64,000 nucleotides of DNA from an uncultured Acidobacteriota bacterium (GTDB lineage: Bacteria; Acidobacteriota; Vicinamibacteria; Vicinamibacterales; 2-12-FULL-66-21): the NCBI GenBank assembly GCA_963717745.1, contig CAVQXJ010000011.1, positions 127,942 to 191,941 of the forward strand, written 5' to 3'. Below the pieces are notes generated by a model. The model did not search any database, was not told the origin of the DNA, and saw only the letters and a list, made by a program, of their open reading frames with translations. Below are positions 49,642-58,506 of the stretch, piece by piece; within the stretch, counting starts at the first letter, position 1, and the number at the start of each line of letters is the position of its first letter. Made by a program: the position numbers and the translations under genes.

Positions 49642-50003
49642 ACCGGATTTCAAAAACGGAGCAACGGAGCCAACGAAGAGAACGGAAAAGACAAATTGGT
49701 TTTTGGTTTTAGTCCGGTGTTCCGTTCTTGAATTGGGTACTGCTGCGGATCACGGCCCGTGACCCAGTGTCCCGAATCCGAAGTTCGCCACCAAATTCCC
49801 GGGCGGGGCATCCCGCCTCGCGGCGTTGCTCCTCCCTCACATATTCCCGATATGCTCGGTCGTCGCGCCTTGCGATCCGGGCGCCGCGCCCGGGACTTTG
49901 GCGCCGAACTTCGGACTCGGGACACTAGCGAAAAAGAACGGAAAACAAATTAGTCTTTTCCGTTTCCTCCGTTTGCTCCGTTGCTCCGTTTTTGAGATCC
50001 GGT
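49642..50003. repeat. Family C palindrome, copy 2, interrupted by a MITE
   Basis: ACCGGATTTCAAAAACGGAGCAACGGAGC / GCTCCGTTGCTCCGTTTTTGAGATCCGGT. Confidence 0.88.
49766..49928. mobile_element. MITE with IS630-like termini
   Basis: Imperfect TIRs of about 40 bp, AGTGTCCCGA(A/G)TCCGAAGTTCG; CTAG at the right end; ends translate RTSDSGH, recalling IS630 transposase C-termini. Confidence 0.6.
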
Positions 50004-50036
50004 ACCCTCCGTCCAGCTCCGTCGGCTCTATCTGGG

Positions 50037-51179
50037 TCAATACGCGGCCTCATAGATCTCGAGCGCGCCCACAGCATCGAACGGGCGCGGGTTGAACGTG
50101 CCGGTCCATTGCTGGGCCGCGAGCTCCGCGAGCTCCGGCAAGGCCGGCTCCGTGACTCCCACATCGGACAGCCGCGACGGCAGCGCGCCGGCGACGGCGA
50201 AGTCCTCCAGGCGTCGGGCGAGCGTCTCGGCCGCGTCGCTGTCGCGGGCGCGGCGGCGCGGCGAGCCGAGCAGTGCCGCGTAGCCGTCGAGGGCAACCCG
50301 GCTGTTCCAGCGGACCACGTGGGGGAGCAGGATCGCGAGCGCGACGCCGTGGGTCAGGCCGAAGCGGGCGGTGAGCGGGTTGGCGCAGGCGTGCGCCGCG
50401 CCGAGCATCGACTGCTCAATCGCCAGGCCCGCGAAGTGGGCGCCGACCTGCATCATCGCGCGCGCCTCGACGTCGGCCGCGTGCAGCACCACGCGCTCGA
50501 ACCCTTCGGACAACAGCCGCCATCCCTGGTGCGAGAACGTGTCCGACAGCGGCGTCCGGCGGGTCGTGACCGCGGTCTCGACCGCGTGCGCGATCGCGTC
50601 GATCCCGGCGGCCGCGGTGACCCCGGGCGGCGCCGTCAGCGTCAGCTCCGGATCCAGGATCGCCACCCGGAACGCCGCCGACGGATCGCCGCACGCCATC
50701 TTCATGTGCGTGCGTGCGTCGGCGATCACCGCGTAGCTCTGCGCCTCGCTGCCGGTCCCTGCCGTGGTCGGGATCCCGATCATCGGCAGCAGCGGCCGCG
50801 CCGCCTTGCCGTAGCCGCGGTAGTCGGCGATCTCGCCGCCGTTGGTCAGCAGGAAGTTGATGCCCTTGGCGCAGTCGAGCGAACTGCCGCCGCCAAGCGC
50901 GACGATCCCGTCGATCGCGTGGCCCGCGGCGAAGCGCGCCCCGGCCGCGACCATCAGGCTGTCGGGATTCTCGGCGAAGTCGGAGTACCGGACGACCGTG
51001 AGCGAGGCGGCCTGCAGCGTGCGCTCGATCGCGGCGGCGTGACCGGCCGCCACGATCCCCGGATCGGCCACGAGCAGCGTCGTCTGCAGACCCAGCTCCC
51101 GGGCCAGCGGGCCGGTCCGCTCCGCGGTGTGCCGGCCGAAGATCGCCCGCGTACGATGCTGGAAATCGAACGGGACCAT
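50037..51179 (-). CDS. Iron-containing alcohol dehydrogenase
   Basis: GGGSSLDCAK, PTTAGTGSE, DAIAHAVE, HACANPL, HGVA. Confidence 0.92.
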   Translation of the reverse strand: MVPFDFQHRTRAIFGRHTAERTGPLARELGLQTTLLVADPGIVAAGHAAAIERTLQAASLTVVRYSDFAENPDSLMVAAGARFAAGHAIDGIVALGGGSSLDCAKGINFLLTNGGEIADYRGYGKAARPLLPMIGIPTTAGTGSEAQSYAVIADARTHMKMACGDPSAAFRVAILDPELTLTAPPGVTAAAGIDAIAHAVETAVTTRRTPLSDTFSHQGWRLLSEGFERVVLHAADVEARAMMQVGAHFAGLAIEQSMLGAAHACANPLTARFGLTHGVALAILLPHVVRWNSRVALDGYAALLGSPRRRARDSDAAETLARRLEDFAVAGALPSRLSDVGVTEPALPELAELAAQQWTGTFNPRPFDAVGALEIYEAAY

Positions 51180-51264
51180 CGTGAAGTAAACTTTATCACC
51201 CGCTGACGAGCCTTCCGGCCGCGTGCGCCGGCGCGACGGGGCCGACGCTCCCAACGCTCAATTT

Positions 51265-52650
51265 ATGCAGACAGCCGACTCCGTTCCTGGCACTCGTCTG
51301 ACCCCGATCCAGTGGCTGATCTGCGCCATCGCCGCGATCGGATTCGCGTTCGACATCTACGAAATCCTGATGCTGCCGCTGATCGTGCGGCCGGCGCTGC
51401 TCGAGTTGACCGGCGCGGTGCCCGGCTCGCCCGAGTTCCAGATGTGGGTCGGGCGGCTGTTCTACATCCCGGCGTTCGCCGGCGGGATCTTCGGGCTGAT
51501 CGGCGGCTACATGACCGACCGCTTCGGCCGCCGCCGCGTGCTGACCTACAGCATCCTGATCTACGCCGTCTCCGCATTCCTGTCCGGGTTCGCGACCTCG
51601 ATCGAGATGCTGCTGTTCCTGCGGTGTCTGGTCTTCATCGGCGTCTGCGTCGAGTTCGTGGCCGCGGTGGCCTGGCTCGCCGAGCTCTTCCCGGAGCCGA
51701 AGCGCCGTGAAAAGGTGCTGGGCTACACCCAGGCGTTCTCCTCGTTCGGCGGATTGCTGGTGGCGTTCGCCAACGGCTGGTGCGTCGCCCATGCGGCGAG
51801 CCTGCCCGCGCTGACCGCGCTCGGCTCAGGGGTGATCGCGAATCCGCACGCGCCGTGGCGCTACACCCTGATGTCGGGTGTGCTCCCCGCGATTCCGCTG
51901 ATCCTGATCCGGCCGTTCCTCCCCGAGTCGCCGATCTGGCAGTCGAAGAAGGACGCCGGAACGCTGCGGCGACCCAGCTTCGCCGAGCTGTTCGCACCGG
52001 CGCTGCGCCGGACCACGATCGTCACCACGGTGATGTTCGCGATGGCCTACGGCGCCGCGTTCGGTGCGATTCAGCAGATTCCGCAGATCGTTCCCGGGCT
52101 GCCCGAAGTGCGGCAGATGGTCGCGGGGCGGCCGGCTCCCGAGGCCCGGTTGATCGAACAGCGGGTGGCGTCCGACGTGACCAAGTTCCAGGAGATCGGC
52201 GGGCTGGCCGGCCGGGTCGCGCTCGCCTGGCTCGCGGTGGTGGTGGTGAGCCGCCGCAAGCTGATTCGGGTGTTCCAGATTCCCGGGTTGATCGTGATGC
52301 CGATTGCGTTCGCCTGGGCGGCGCGTACCGACTTGCAGATCCTGTATCCGCTGATCTTCCTCGCGGGGTTCTTCACGGTCGCGCAGTTCAGCTTCTGGGG
52401 CAACTATCTGCCGCGGGTGTATCCCGTCCATTTGCGCGGGACCGGGGAGAGCTTTGCCGCCAACATCGGTGGGCGGCTGATCGGCACGTCGTTCGCCTGG
52501 CTCACCGCGACCCTGGCCGTGACCGCCGATCGCGCCTACGCGCCAACCAAGGTCGCGCTGGTCGCCGCCACGGTGGGGTTCTCGGTGTATGTCGTCGGCC
52601 TGATCGCGAGCGCCTGGCTGCCGGAGCCGAAGAGCGAGTCGCTGGAGTAA
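51265..52650 (+). CDS. MFS transporter
   Basis: GYMTDRFGRRRVL motif A, PESP, multiple TMs. Confidence 0.92.
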   Translation: MQTADSVPGTRLTPIQWLICAIAAIGFAFDIYEILMLPLIVRPALLELTGAVPGSPEFQMWVGRLFYIPAFAGGIFGLIGGYMTDRFGRRRVLTYSILIYAVSAFLSGFATSIEMLLFLRCLVFIGVCVEFVAAVAWLAELFPEPKRREKVLGYTQAFSSFGGLLVAFANGWCVAHAASLPALTALGSGVIANPHAPWRYTLMSGVLPAIPLILIRPFLPESPIWQSKKDAGTLRRPSFAELFAPALRRTTIVTTVMFAMAYGAAFGAIQQIPQIVPGLPEVRQMVAGRPAPEARLIEQRVASDVTKFQEIGGLAGRVALAWLAVVVVSRRKLIRVFQIPGLIVMPIAFAWAARTDLQILYPLIFLAGFFTVAQFSFWGNYLPRVYPVHLRGTGESFAANIGGRLIGTSFAWLTATLAVTADRAYAPTKVALVAATVGFSVYVVGLIASAWLPEPKSESLE

Positions 52651-52656
52651 CCTGGA

Positions 52657-53347
52657 ATGGCTCCAATCACGCGAACGATCACGCTGACCCTCGTGCTGGT
52701 GATGGCGGGGGGCACGCTGGTGAGGCCCCAGGGGGCCGCCGGCGCGGCGGCCGATCTGCAGGGGAAGCTGTACAAGTCGGTGTTCTCGTCGGGCATCGGC
52801 GCGCTGTCGGCCGCCGACGTGAAGGCGCTCGCTGAGCCGCTGCGTGGAAGACTCGAGAAATATCTCGCCCGCCGGACCGCGTTCAAATCGAACTACAAGT
52901 CGGAGGCCGACAGCTTCGAGACCGTCAGGGTCGACGCCAAGCGGCGTCTGCTCGAACAGGCGATCGTGTCGCTGATCGAGGCGCCTGGCATCGAGCGCAG
53001 CGCCGCCGACTACGTGACCGGCGCACCGATTCACTACGAGTGGAAAGGGCTGCCCGACGGCCCGCTCGAGGAAGCGAATCAGGCCGAGGCCCTGCTCCAG
53101 AAGGATCCGGGCTCGCCGCTCGCGCCGTGGTTCGCCGCCTTCATCGCCCAGCGCCAACGCGTCATCTTCGAAACGCAGGCGGTGCAGAAGAACGAGGCCG
53201 GCGATGAAGGCGACGGCGAAGAAGTACCGGACCTACGTCGAGCGGGCACGCGCGGCTACCGATCCGATCTTCGCGGTGCTGATGGCCGACATGGAACGGC
53301 AGCCCTACCTCTATCTGAAGACGACGCTGCACCCGCGCGACTACTGA
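52657..53347 (+). CDS. Secreted hypothetical protein (frameshift near 53200)
   Basis: Signal peptide; shifted frame continues KKYRTYVERARAATDPIFAVLMADMERQPYLYLKTTLHPRDY*. Confidence 0.6.
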
Positions 53348-53354
53348 CTTCGCT

Positions 53355-53408
53355 GTCAAGGGAGAAGGGAGAGGGAGAAAAGGTTCTCCCTTGTGCCTTC
53401 TCCCTCAC
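53355..53408. repeat. Family D palindrome
   Basis: GTCAAGGGAGAAGGGAGAGGGAGAA..TTCTCCCTTGTGCCTTCTCCCTCAC between convergent genes. Confidence 0.7.
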
Positions 53409-53415
53409 CGGCCGT

Positions 53416-54745
53416 CTAAGGCCGCCGGCCGTCGGGTAACACCAGCTCGTTCACCTTGTTCGGGGCATCGGCCGCGGCCGTGCCGGCGTGCCAGCTGGGA
53501 ATGGGCGGCTTGTCCGGCCCGTACATCGCCTCCATCGGCGCCCACACCTTGTCGACACGCGTGTTGAACAGGTCCCCGATCAGCAGGTCCGTGACGGTGC
53601 CGCGCATCTCCGGGTGTTCCTTCATGAATTTCCCGAAGCTGAAGCCGTCGTAGTACTCGCACACCAGCCGCCGCATCCGGTCGACACCTTCGTTGAAGCC
53701 CGGCCCCCATTGCCCGAGCTGCGCCGCTGACGTGTCCCCCTTCTCGAAGCCGTCGCAGATCGCATCGGCGGCCAGTTGCCCGGACTTGAGGGCCAGCAGC
53801 ACGCCCGACGAATAGAGCGGGTCGAGGAAGCCGAAGGCGTCGCCGACGAGCACCCACCCGTCACCCGAGACCTGCTTCGATCGATAGGAGTAATCCTTCG
53901 TGGCGAAGTGGCCGGTGACGCGCCTCGCGTGCTCGACGCGCTCCTTCACCGACGGGCATTTCTCGACTTCTTCCGCGTAGGTCTCCGGATAGCTGCCGCG
54001 CCCCTTGAACAGGTAGTCGAACGGCGCGACGACCCCGACACTGACGATGTTGTCGTGGAGCGGGATGTACCAGAACCAGCCCTTGCGGTCGGTGGTCTGG
54101 ATCACGATCGTCGCCCCTTCATCGCGCCCGGTATCCCGATACGCCCCTTCCCAGTAGGTCCAGATCGCCCCCTTGTTGAGGATGGGATCCCAGACGCGCA
54201 GTCCCAGCCGGTTCATCATGAGCCCGTTCTGGCCGCTGGCATCGACGACGACTTTCGCGCGCACCTCTTCGGTGCGGCCATCCTCGTGCTTGACCTTGAC
54301 GCCGACCGCGCGCGTGCCCTCCATCAGCACTTCGAGCACGCGGACCCCTTCGTGTACATCGACGCCGTGCTCGCGGGCGTTGTCGAGCATCATCTTGTCG
54401 AACTCACCGCGCACCACCTGCCAGGTCTGGGAGCACTCATGCGGCTTGTTGTCGGAGAAGTAGAAGGGCGCCGAGAGCTTGCCGTTGGCGTTGACGAACT
54501 GGACGCTGTGCTTGTGCACGAAATGGCTCTGCCGCAGCTTCGGCAGCATGTTCAGCCGCTCGAGCACCCAGTAGGTCTCGGGAATCAGCGACTCGCCGAT
54601 ATGGAATCGCGGGAAGTGCTCGCGCTCGAACAGCCGGTACTGAACGACCGCGCTGCGCGATCAGCGTGGACACGGTGGATCCCGCTGGTCCGCCCCCGAT
54701 GACGATGACATCGGGAGACGCGGTCGGGGACGCTTCGTGGTTCAT
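53416..54745 (-). CDS. Flavin-dependent halogenase-like oxidoreductase (frameshift near 54645)
   Basis: GGGPAG, FPRFHIGESL, FVHKH, DASG, GWFWYIP (WxWxIP), GDAFGFLDPLYSSGV. Confidence 0.8.
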
Positions 54746-54770
54746 CGGTTTCAATCTGCCTCGCTCTAAC

Positions 54771-54858
54771 CGGTTGCTGATAAGGGATAGGGGAGTTCTC
54801 CCTTGTGCCTTCTGCCTTCTCCCTTGTCACGCGGGCTTTTCATCAGCCCGCTCGGCTA
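54771..54858. repeat. Family D element
   Basis: GCTGATAAGGG...TTCTCCCTTGTGCCTTCTGCCTTCTCCCTTGTC..TTTTCATCAGC. Confidence 0.65.
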
Positions 54859-56190
54859 GTCCCCTGCCGGCTCGACGATGAACCGGCGGGCTTTCATCTC
54901 GAACCTCGGGAGATGCCCATGGGGCACGACATGGACGGGCACGGTGAGGCCGAGGGCCTCACGAATTTCCCACCCGACTTGCGTCGCCAGCACCGGCCCG
55001 TCCGCGTCGGCCCCGCCGTGCTCGATCTCGACGTCGAGCGTCCGCATCGACCCGGTCGTGCGCACCGTCGATCGGAACTCGACGATCGACGGGAAGTGGC
55101 GGACCACGGCCTCAATCGCCGCCGGATACACATTCACGCCGCGCACGGTGACCATGTCGTCGGCGCGCGAGAGGATGCCCCCCTCGAGCCACGCCAGCGT
55201 CCGGCCGCACGCGCAGCGACCCTGCTGGCGCGAGACCAAATCACCGGTGCGATAGCGAATCGCGGGGCTGCCGACCCGTCCGAGATTGGTGAGCACCAGT
55301 TCGCCGAGCTCGCCGTCGGCGGCCGGCTTGCCGGTCGAGGGCTCGACGACCTCGACCACGAACTCGTTCTCGAGGAGGTGGAGGCCGCCCGGCCGCTCCC
55401 AGCACTCGAAGCTGGCGGGTCCGGTTTCGGTCAAGCCGTGATGATCGATCACCCGCGCGCCCCAGCTGGCTTCGATGCGCCGCCGTGTCGAGGGGATGCT
55501 GCCGCCGGGTTCCCCCGCCACGATGACGACCCGCGGCGCCCGCGCCGCCAGCCAGCCTTCACCGTGATCGGCCGCCGCGACCTCGGCCAGCCGCAGCGCA
55601 TAGGTCGGCGTGCAGCACACCACGTCGGGACGCACGCTGTCCATCATCGCGAGCCGCAGGTGACTGGCCATGCCGCCGGCCGGGATGGCCATGGCGCCAA
55701 TCTGCGGCGCGGCGTCGAACGCGGCCCAGAATCCCAGGAACGGTCCGAAGGAGAACGGGAACAGCACCCGATCGCCGGCGCCGACGCGCGCCGCCCGATA
55801 GACCGCCTTCCAGCACTCCAACATCCATTGCCAGGTCTCGTTGGTGTCGCACCACTTGAGCGGGCGTCCGGTCGTGGACGAGGTCTGGCAGAACCGGGTG
55901 TAGCGGTGGCGCGGGAACGTCAGATTCGATCCCCACGGCGCGTGGGCGTCCTGATCCGCGACCAGATCCGCCTTGGTCGTGAACGGCAGGCGCGCAAGAT
56001 CCTCGAGACCGAGCTTGTCTCCCCGCCCGACGCCCGCGGCGGCGAAGCGGGCCCGATAGAACGTGTTGTGCGCGAGGACGTCCTCGAGCAGGCGGCCGAG
56101 CGCCGCGGATTGGTGTGCGGCGAGCGCGTCGCGGGTCAGACACTCGTCGGCGGGCACCTCCACGGGCGCGCCGGCGCTAGGGCGCGACAT
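54856..56190 (-). CDS. Phenylacetate--CoA ligase-like adenylate-forming enzyme
   Basis: LPFTTKADL, TSSTTGRP, TPTYAL, GEPGG, HGLTE, RYRTGD, RADDMVTVRGVNVYP. Confidence 0.88.
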   Translation of the reverse strand: MSRPSAGAPVEVPADECLTRDALAAHQSAALGRLLEDVLAHNTFYRARFAAAGVGRGDKLGLEDLARLPFTTKADLVADQDAHAPWGSNLTFPRHRYTRFCQTSSTTGRPLKWCDTNETWQWMLECWKAVYRAARVGAGDRVLFPFSFGPFLGFWAAFDAAPQIGAMAIPAGGMASHLRLAMMDSVRPDVVCCTPTYALRLAEVAAADHGEGWLAARAPRVVIVAGEPGGSIPSTRRRIEASWGARVIDHHGLTETGPASFECWERPGGLHLLENEFVVEVVEPSTGKPAADGELGELVLTNLGRVGSPAIRYRTGDLVSRQQGRCACGRTLAWLEGGILSRADDMVTVRGVNVYPAAIEAVVRHFPSIVEFRSTVRTTGSMRTLDVEIEHGGADADGPVLATQVGWEIREALGLTVPVHVVPHGHLPRFEMKARRFIVEPAGD

Positions 56191-56608
56191 GCTCGGCCAC
56201 CTCGAACCGGTCGCGAAGCGCGGCCGGCAGGGCGGCCGCTTTCATGCTCCGTTCCGCTCCCGATCGCGTCACGCAGACCGTCGTCATGCTCAGGGTCGCG
56301 ACCACCGTCGAGCCGAGCGACATCCGGCAGAGGTATTTCAGGGTCCGCTCGGTCATCGCCACGATTTGCAGATGGATCTCCACCTCGTCTTCGAAACGGA
56401 GCGGATGCCGGTAGTCGGCGGTTGCGGCGACTCGCGGCCAGCCGAACGGCGAGTCGGGGGCCGCCACGCTGAGGCCGACCGATCGCCAGAACGCGTGTTC
56501 GGCCTCCTCCATGTAGCGGAAGAAACAACTGAAATGTACGATGCCGGCCGCGTCGGTCTCGTGGAACTGGACCCTCCGCGTCATCCGGAATTCGCTTTGC
56601 TTGGTCAC
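56177..56608 (-). CDS. Acyl-CoA thioesterase (4HBT/YbgC hot-dog fold)
   Basis: RRVQFHETDAAGIVHF, YRHPLRFEDE. Confidence 0.88.
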   Translation of the reverse strand: MTKQSEFRMTRRVQFHETDAAGIVHFSCFFRYMEEAEHAFWRSVGLSVAAPDSPFGWPRVAATADYRHPLRFEDEVEIHLQIVAMTERTLKYLCRMSLGSTVVATLSMTTVCVTRSGAERSMKAAALPAALRDRFEVAEHVAP

Positions 56609-56679
56609 GTGCGATGTGCCGGGAGTACTAAACTAACAGGTTGCTGAAAAAGTGACGCGCGGGGTTTTGATCGGCCCGC

Positions 56680-58006
56680 TTACGTGTAGCGGACGTCGAC
56701 GTGCTCTGGCCGGAAGAACCGCCGCAGCAGCGTGTCCACCCGTAGCAGTGCGTCACGGGAGAGGGTGATCTGATCGGCGGCGATTGTGAGAAGGCCATCG
56801 GACCGCAGTCGGCTCAGCGGTTCGGCGAACCGGTCGAGCACGTCCACGCCGTATCGGCGCGCGAAGTACGACGGCTTCAGCGCACCGCGTTTGAGTTGCA
56901 GGACGAACTCGCGAATCAACCGCTCGTCGTCGCTGGGACGGTAGGCGCGCGCCAGTGGAATGTCCCCGCGTTCAACCGCCGCGGCATAGGCCTCCCACTG
57001 ATCGAGGTTCTGCATATGGACGCCATTGACGTGGCCAAACGACGCCACGCCGAGCGCCGCCAGGTCGGCCCCTTCCCACAGGCGATCCGTGTAGACGAAC
57101 CTGGTCCGCTCCGGATTCCTCACCAGCGTGTAGGCACTGCGCGCGGTGTAGCCCGCCGCTTCGAGCGCCGCGAACGCCTCTCCCACCCAGCGCCGCTTGG
57201 TCGACCAGTTGGCCAGCGACTCGGTGAACCGGCCGGTGCCTTTCAGGCGGTCGCCGCTGATGGTGGTGTTGAACGGCAGTTCCATCTGATAGATGGTGAT
57301 GCTGTCCGGCGCCAGCTCGAGGGTGCGCGCAATGCAGCGCTGCCAATTCTCGTCGGTCTCGCCGAGCATGCCGGCGATCAGGTCGATGTTGATCTGCGGA
57401 AAGCCAAGGCTCCGCGCGAACCCGTAGGCCCGCTCGATCTCGCCCGACCGATGCGCCCGGCCGTTGGCTTCGAGGATGTGGTCGTCGAAGTTCTCGACGC
57501 CGAGGCTGAGGCGCGTCACGCCGAGCCGGCGAATCACGCCGAGCTTGGCCTCGGTGAGCGTCCCGGGCTCGCACTCGAAGGTAATCTCCTCCGCGGCGTC
57601 CCAAGGCGTCACGGCGGTGAGGCGCTTGACCAGGCCCTCGAGCTGCTGCGTGGACAGGAAGGACGGCGTCCCGCCGCCGAAGTACACGAAATCGAGCGGG
57701 CGGCCCGCAATCGCCGGCTCCCGCGCGAGCCGCTCCCACTCGCGCGCCAGCGTCTCCAGGGTACTGCTGCACCTGCTGCGCGTTCTTGTCGGTGTAGACC
57801 CGGAAGTAACAGAAGTGACACCGCTTCCGGCAGAACGGGATGTGCAGGTAGAGGCCGAGCGGCACGCCTCCTGGCGACGGCCGCTCGAGGGCCGGCAGCG
57901 CGTCGGCCGCGACCGCCTCGGGCGTCCAGACCGAGAACGGCGGATAGGTCGCGACGAAATAGCTACCGATGCCGGTGTCGTCGCCAACCGCAGCGGTATC
58001 AGACAT
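56680..58006 (-). CDS. HemN-like radical SAM protein (frameshift near 57761)
   Basis: LYLHIPFCRKRCHFCYF (CxxxCxxC), YFGGGTPS, ECEPGT, RLSLGV, NIDLIAG. Confidence 0.88.
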
Positions 58007-58099
58007 GCCTCTCCGACTATATCAGCCTACCGAGCCAGCTCGTCGGCTGGTCGGCGGTCCCTGTAGAGTGGGGCCTGGAGTCTCTTCGGGGGGTGTTCG

Positions 58100-58141
58100 C
58101 CCTTCGACTACGCTCAGGGCGACCCTGAGCTTGTCGAAGGG
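58100..58141. repeat. Short CCCTTCGAC...GTCGAAGGG palindrome
   Basis: CCCTTCGACTACGCTCAGGG-CGA-CCCTGAGCTTGTCGAAGGG. Confidence 0.8.
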
Positions 58142-58146
58142 TCGCA

Positions 58147-58477
58147 GTCACGCTGCATTCCTTGTCCACGGCGCCTGCGGCGCGCAGCCCGCCTGCGGCC
58201 GGTCACGACGACACGACGACACGACGACAACGACGCTTTTGACACGAGCAACCGGCTCACGATTATTGCCGCGGGGTCGTTCGAGTTGCCCGAAATATCA
58301 GCGGCTCGGTGAGTGGCAGCCCGCCGGCCTACGCCGGCGCGGAAGCGCGGCCCTGCCAGCGGGTAGGAGTCCATCGAAGAGACTGAGCTCTACGTCGTTG
58401 TCGTCGTGTCGTCGTCTCGTCGTGCGGCCGCAAGGCCGCCAGCGCCGCAGGCGCCGTGGGCACGATGGCAGCGTGAC
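58147..58477. repeat. Long palindromic element with octamer (CACGACGA) inner arms
   Basis: GTCACGCTGC..CCACGGCGCCTGCGGCGC..ACGACACGACGACAACGACG mirrored at 58394-58477. Confidence 0.85.
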
Positions 58478-58506
58478 AGCGAACATCCTAGGAAGAGATC
58501 TAGGCT

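Noticed and set aside
6860-57770. Split genes as programmed frameshifts or mass pseudogenisation
   Set aside because: Scattered single-base indels (about 6868, 7000, 9967, 22102, 28190, 39165, 39716, 41178, 48282, 53200, 54645, 57761) in otherwise intact genes with no shared slippery motif; best explained as long-read errors, but unproven without reads
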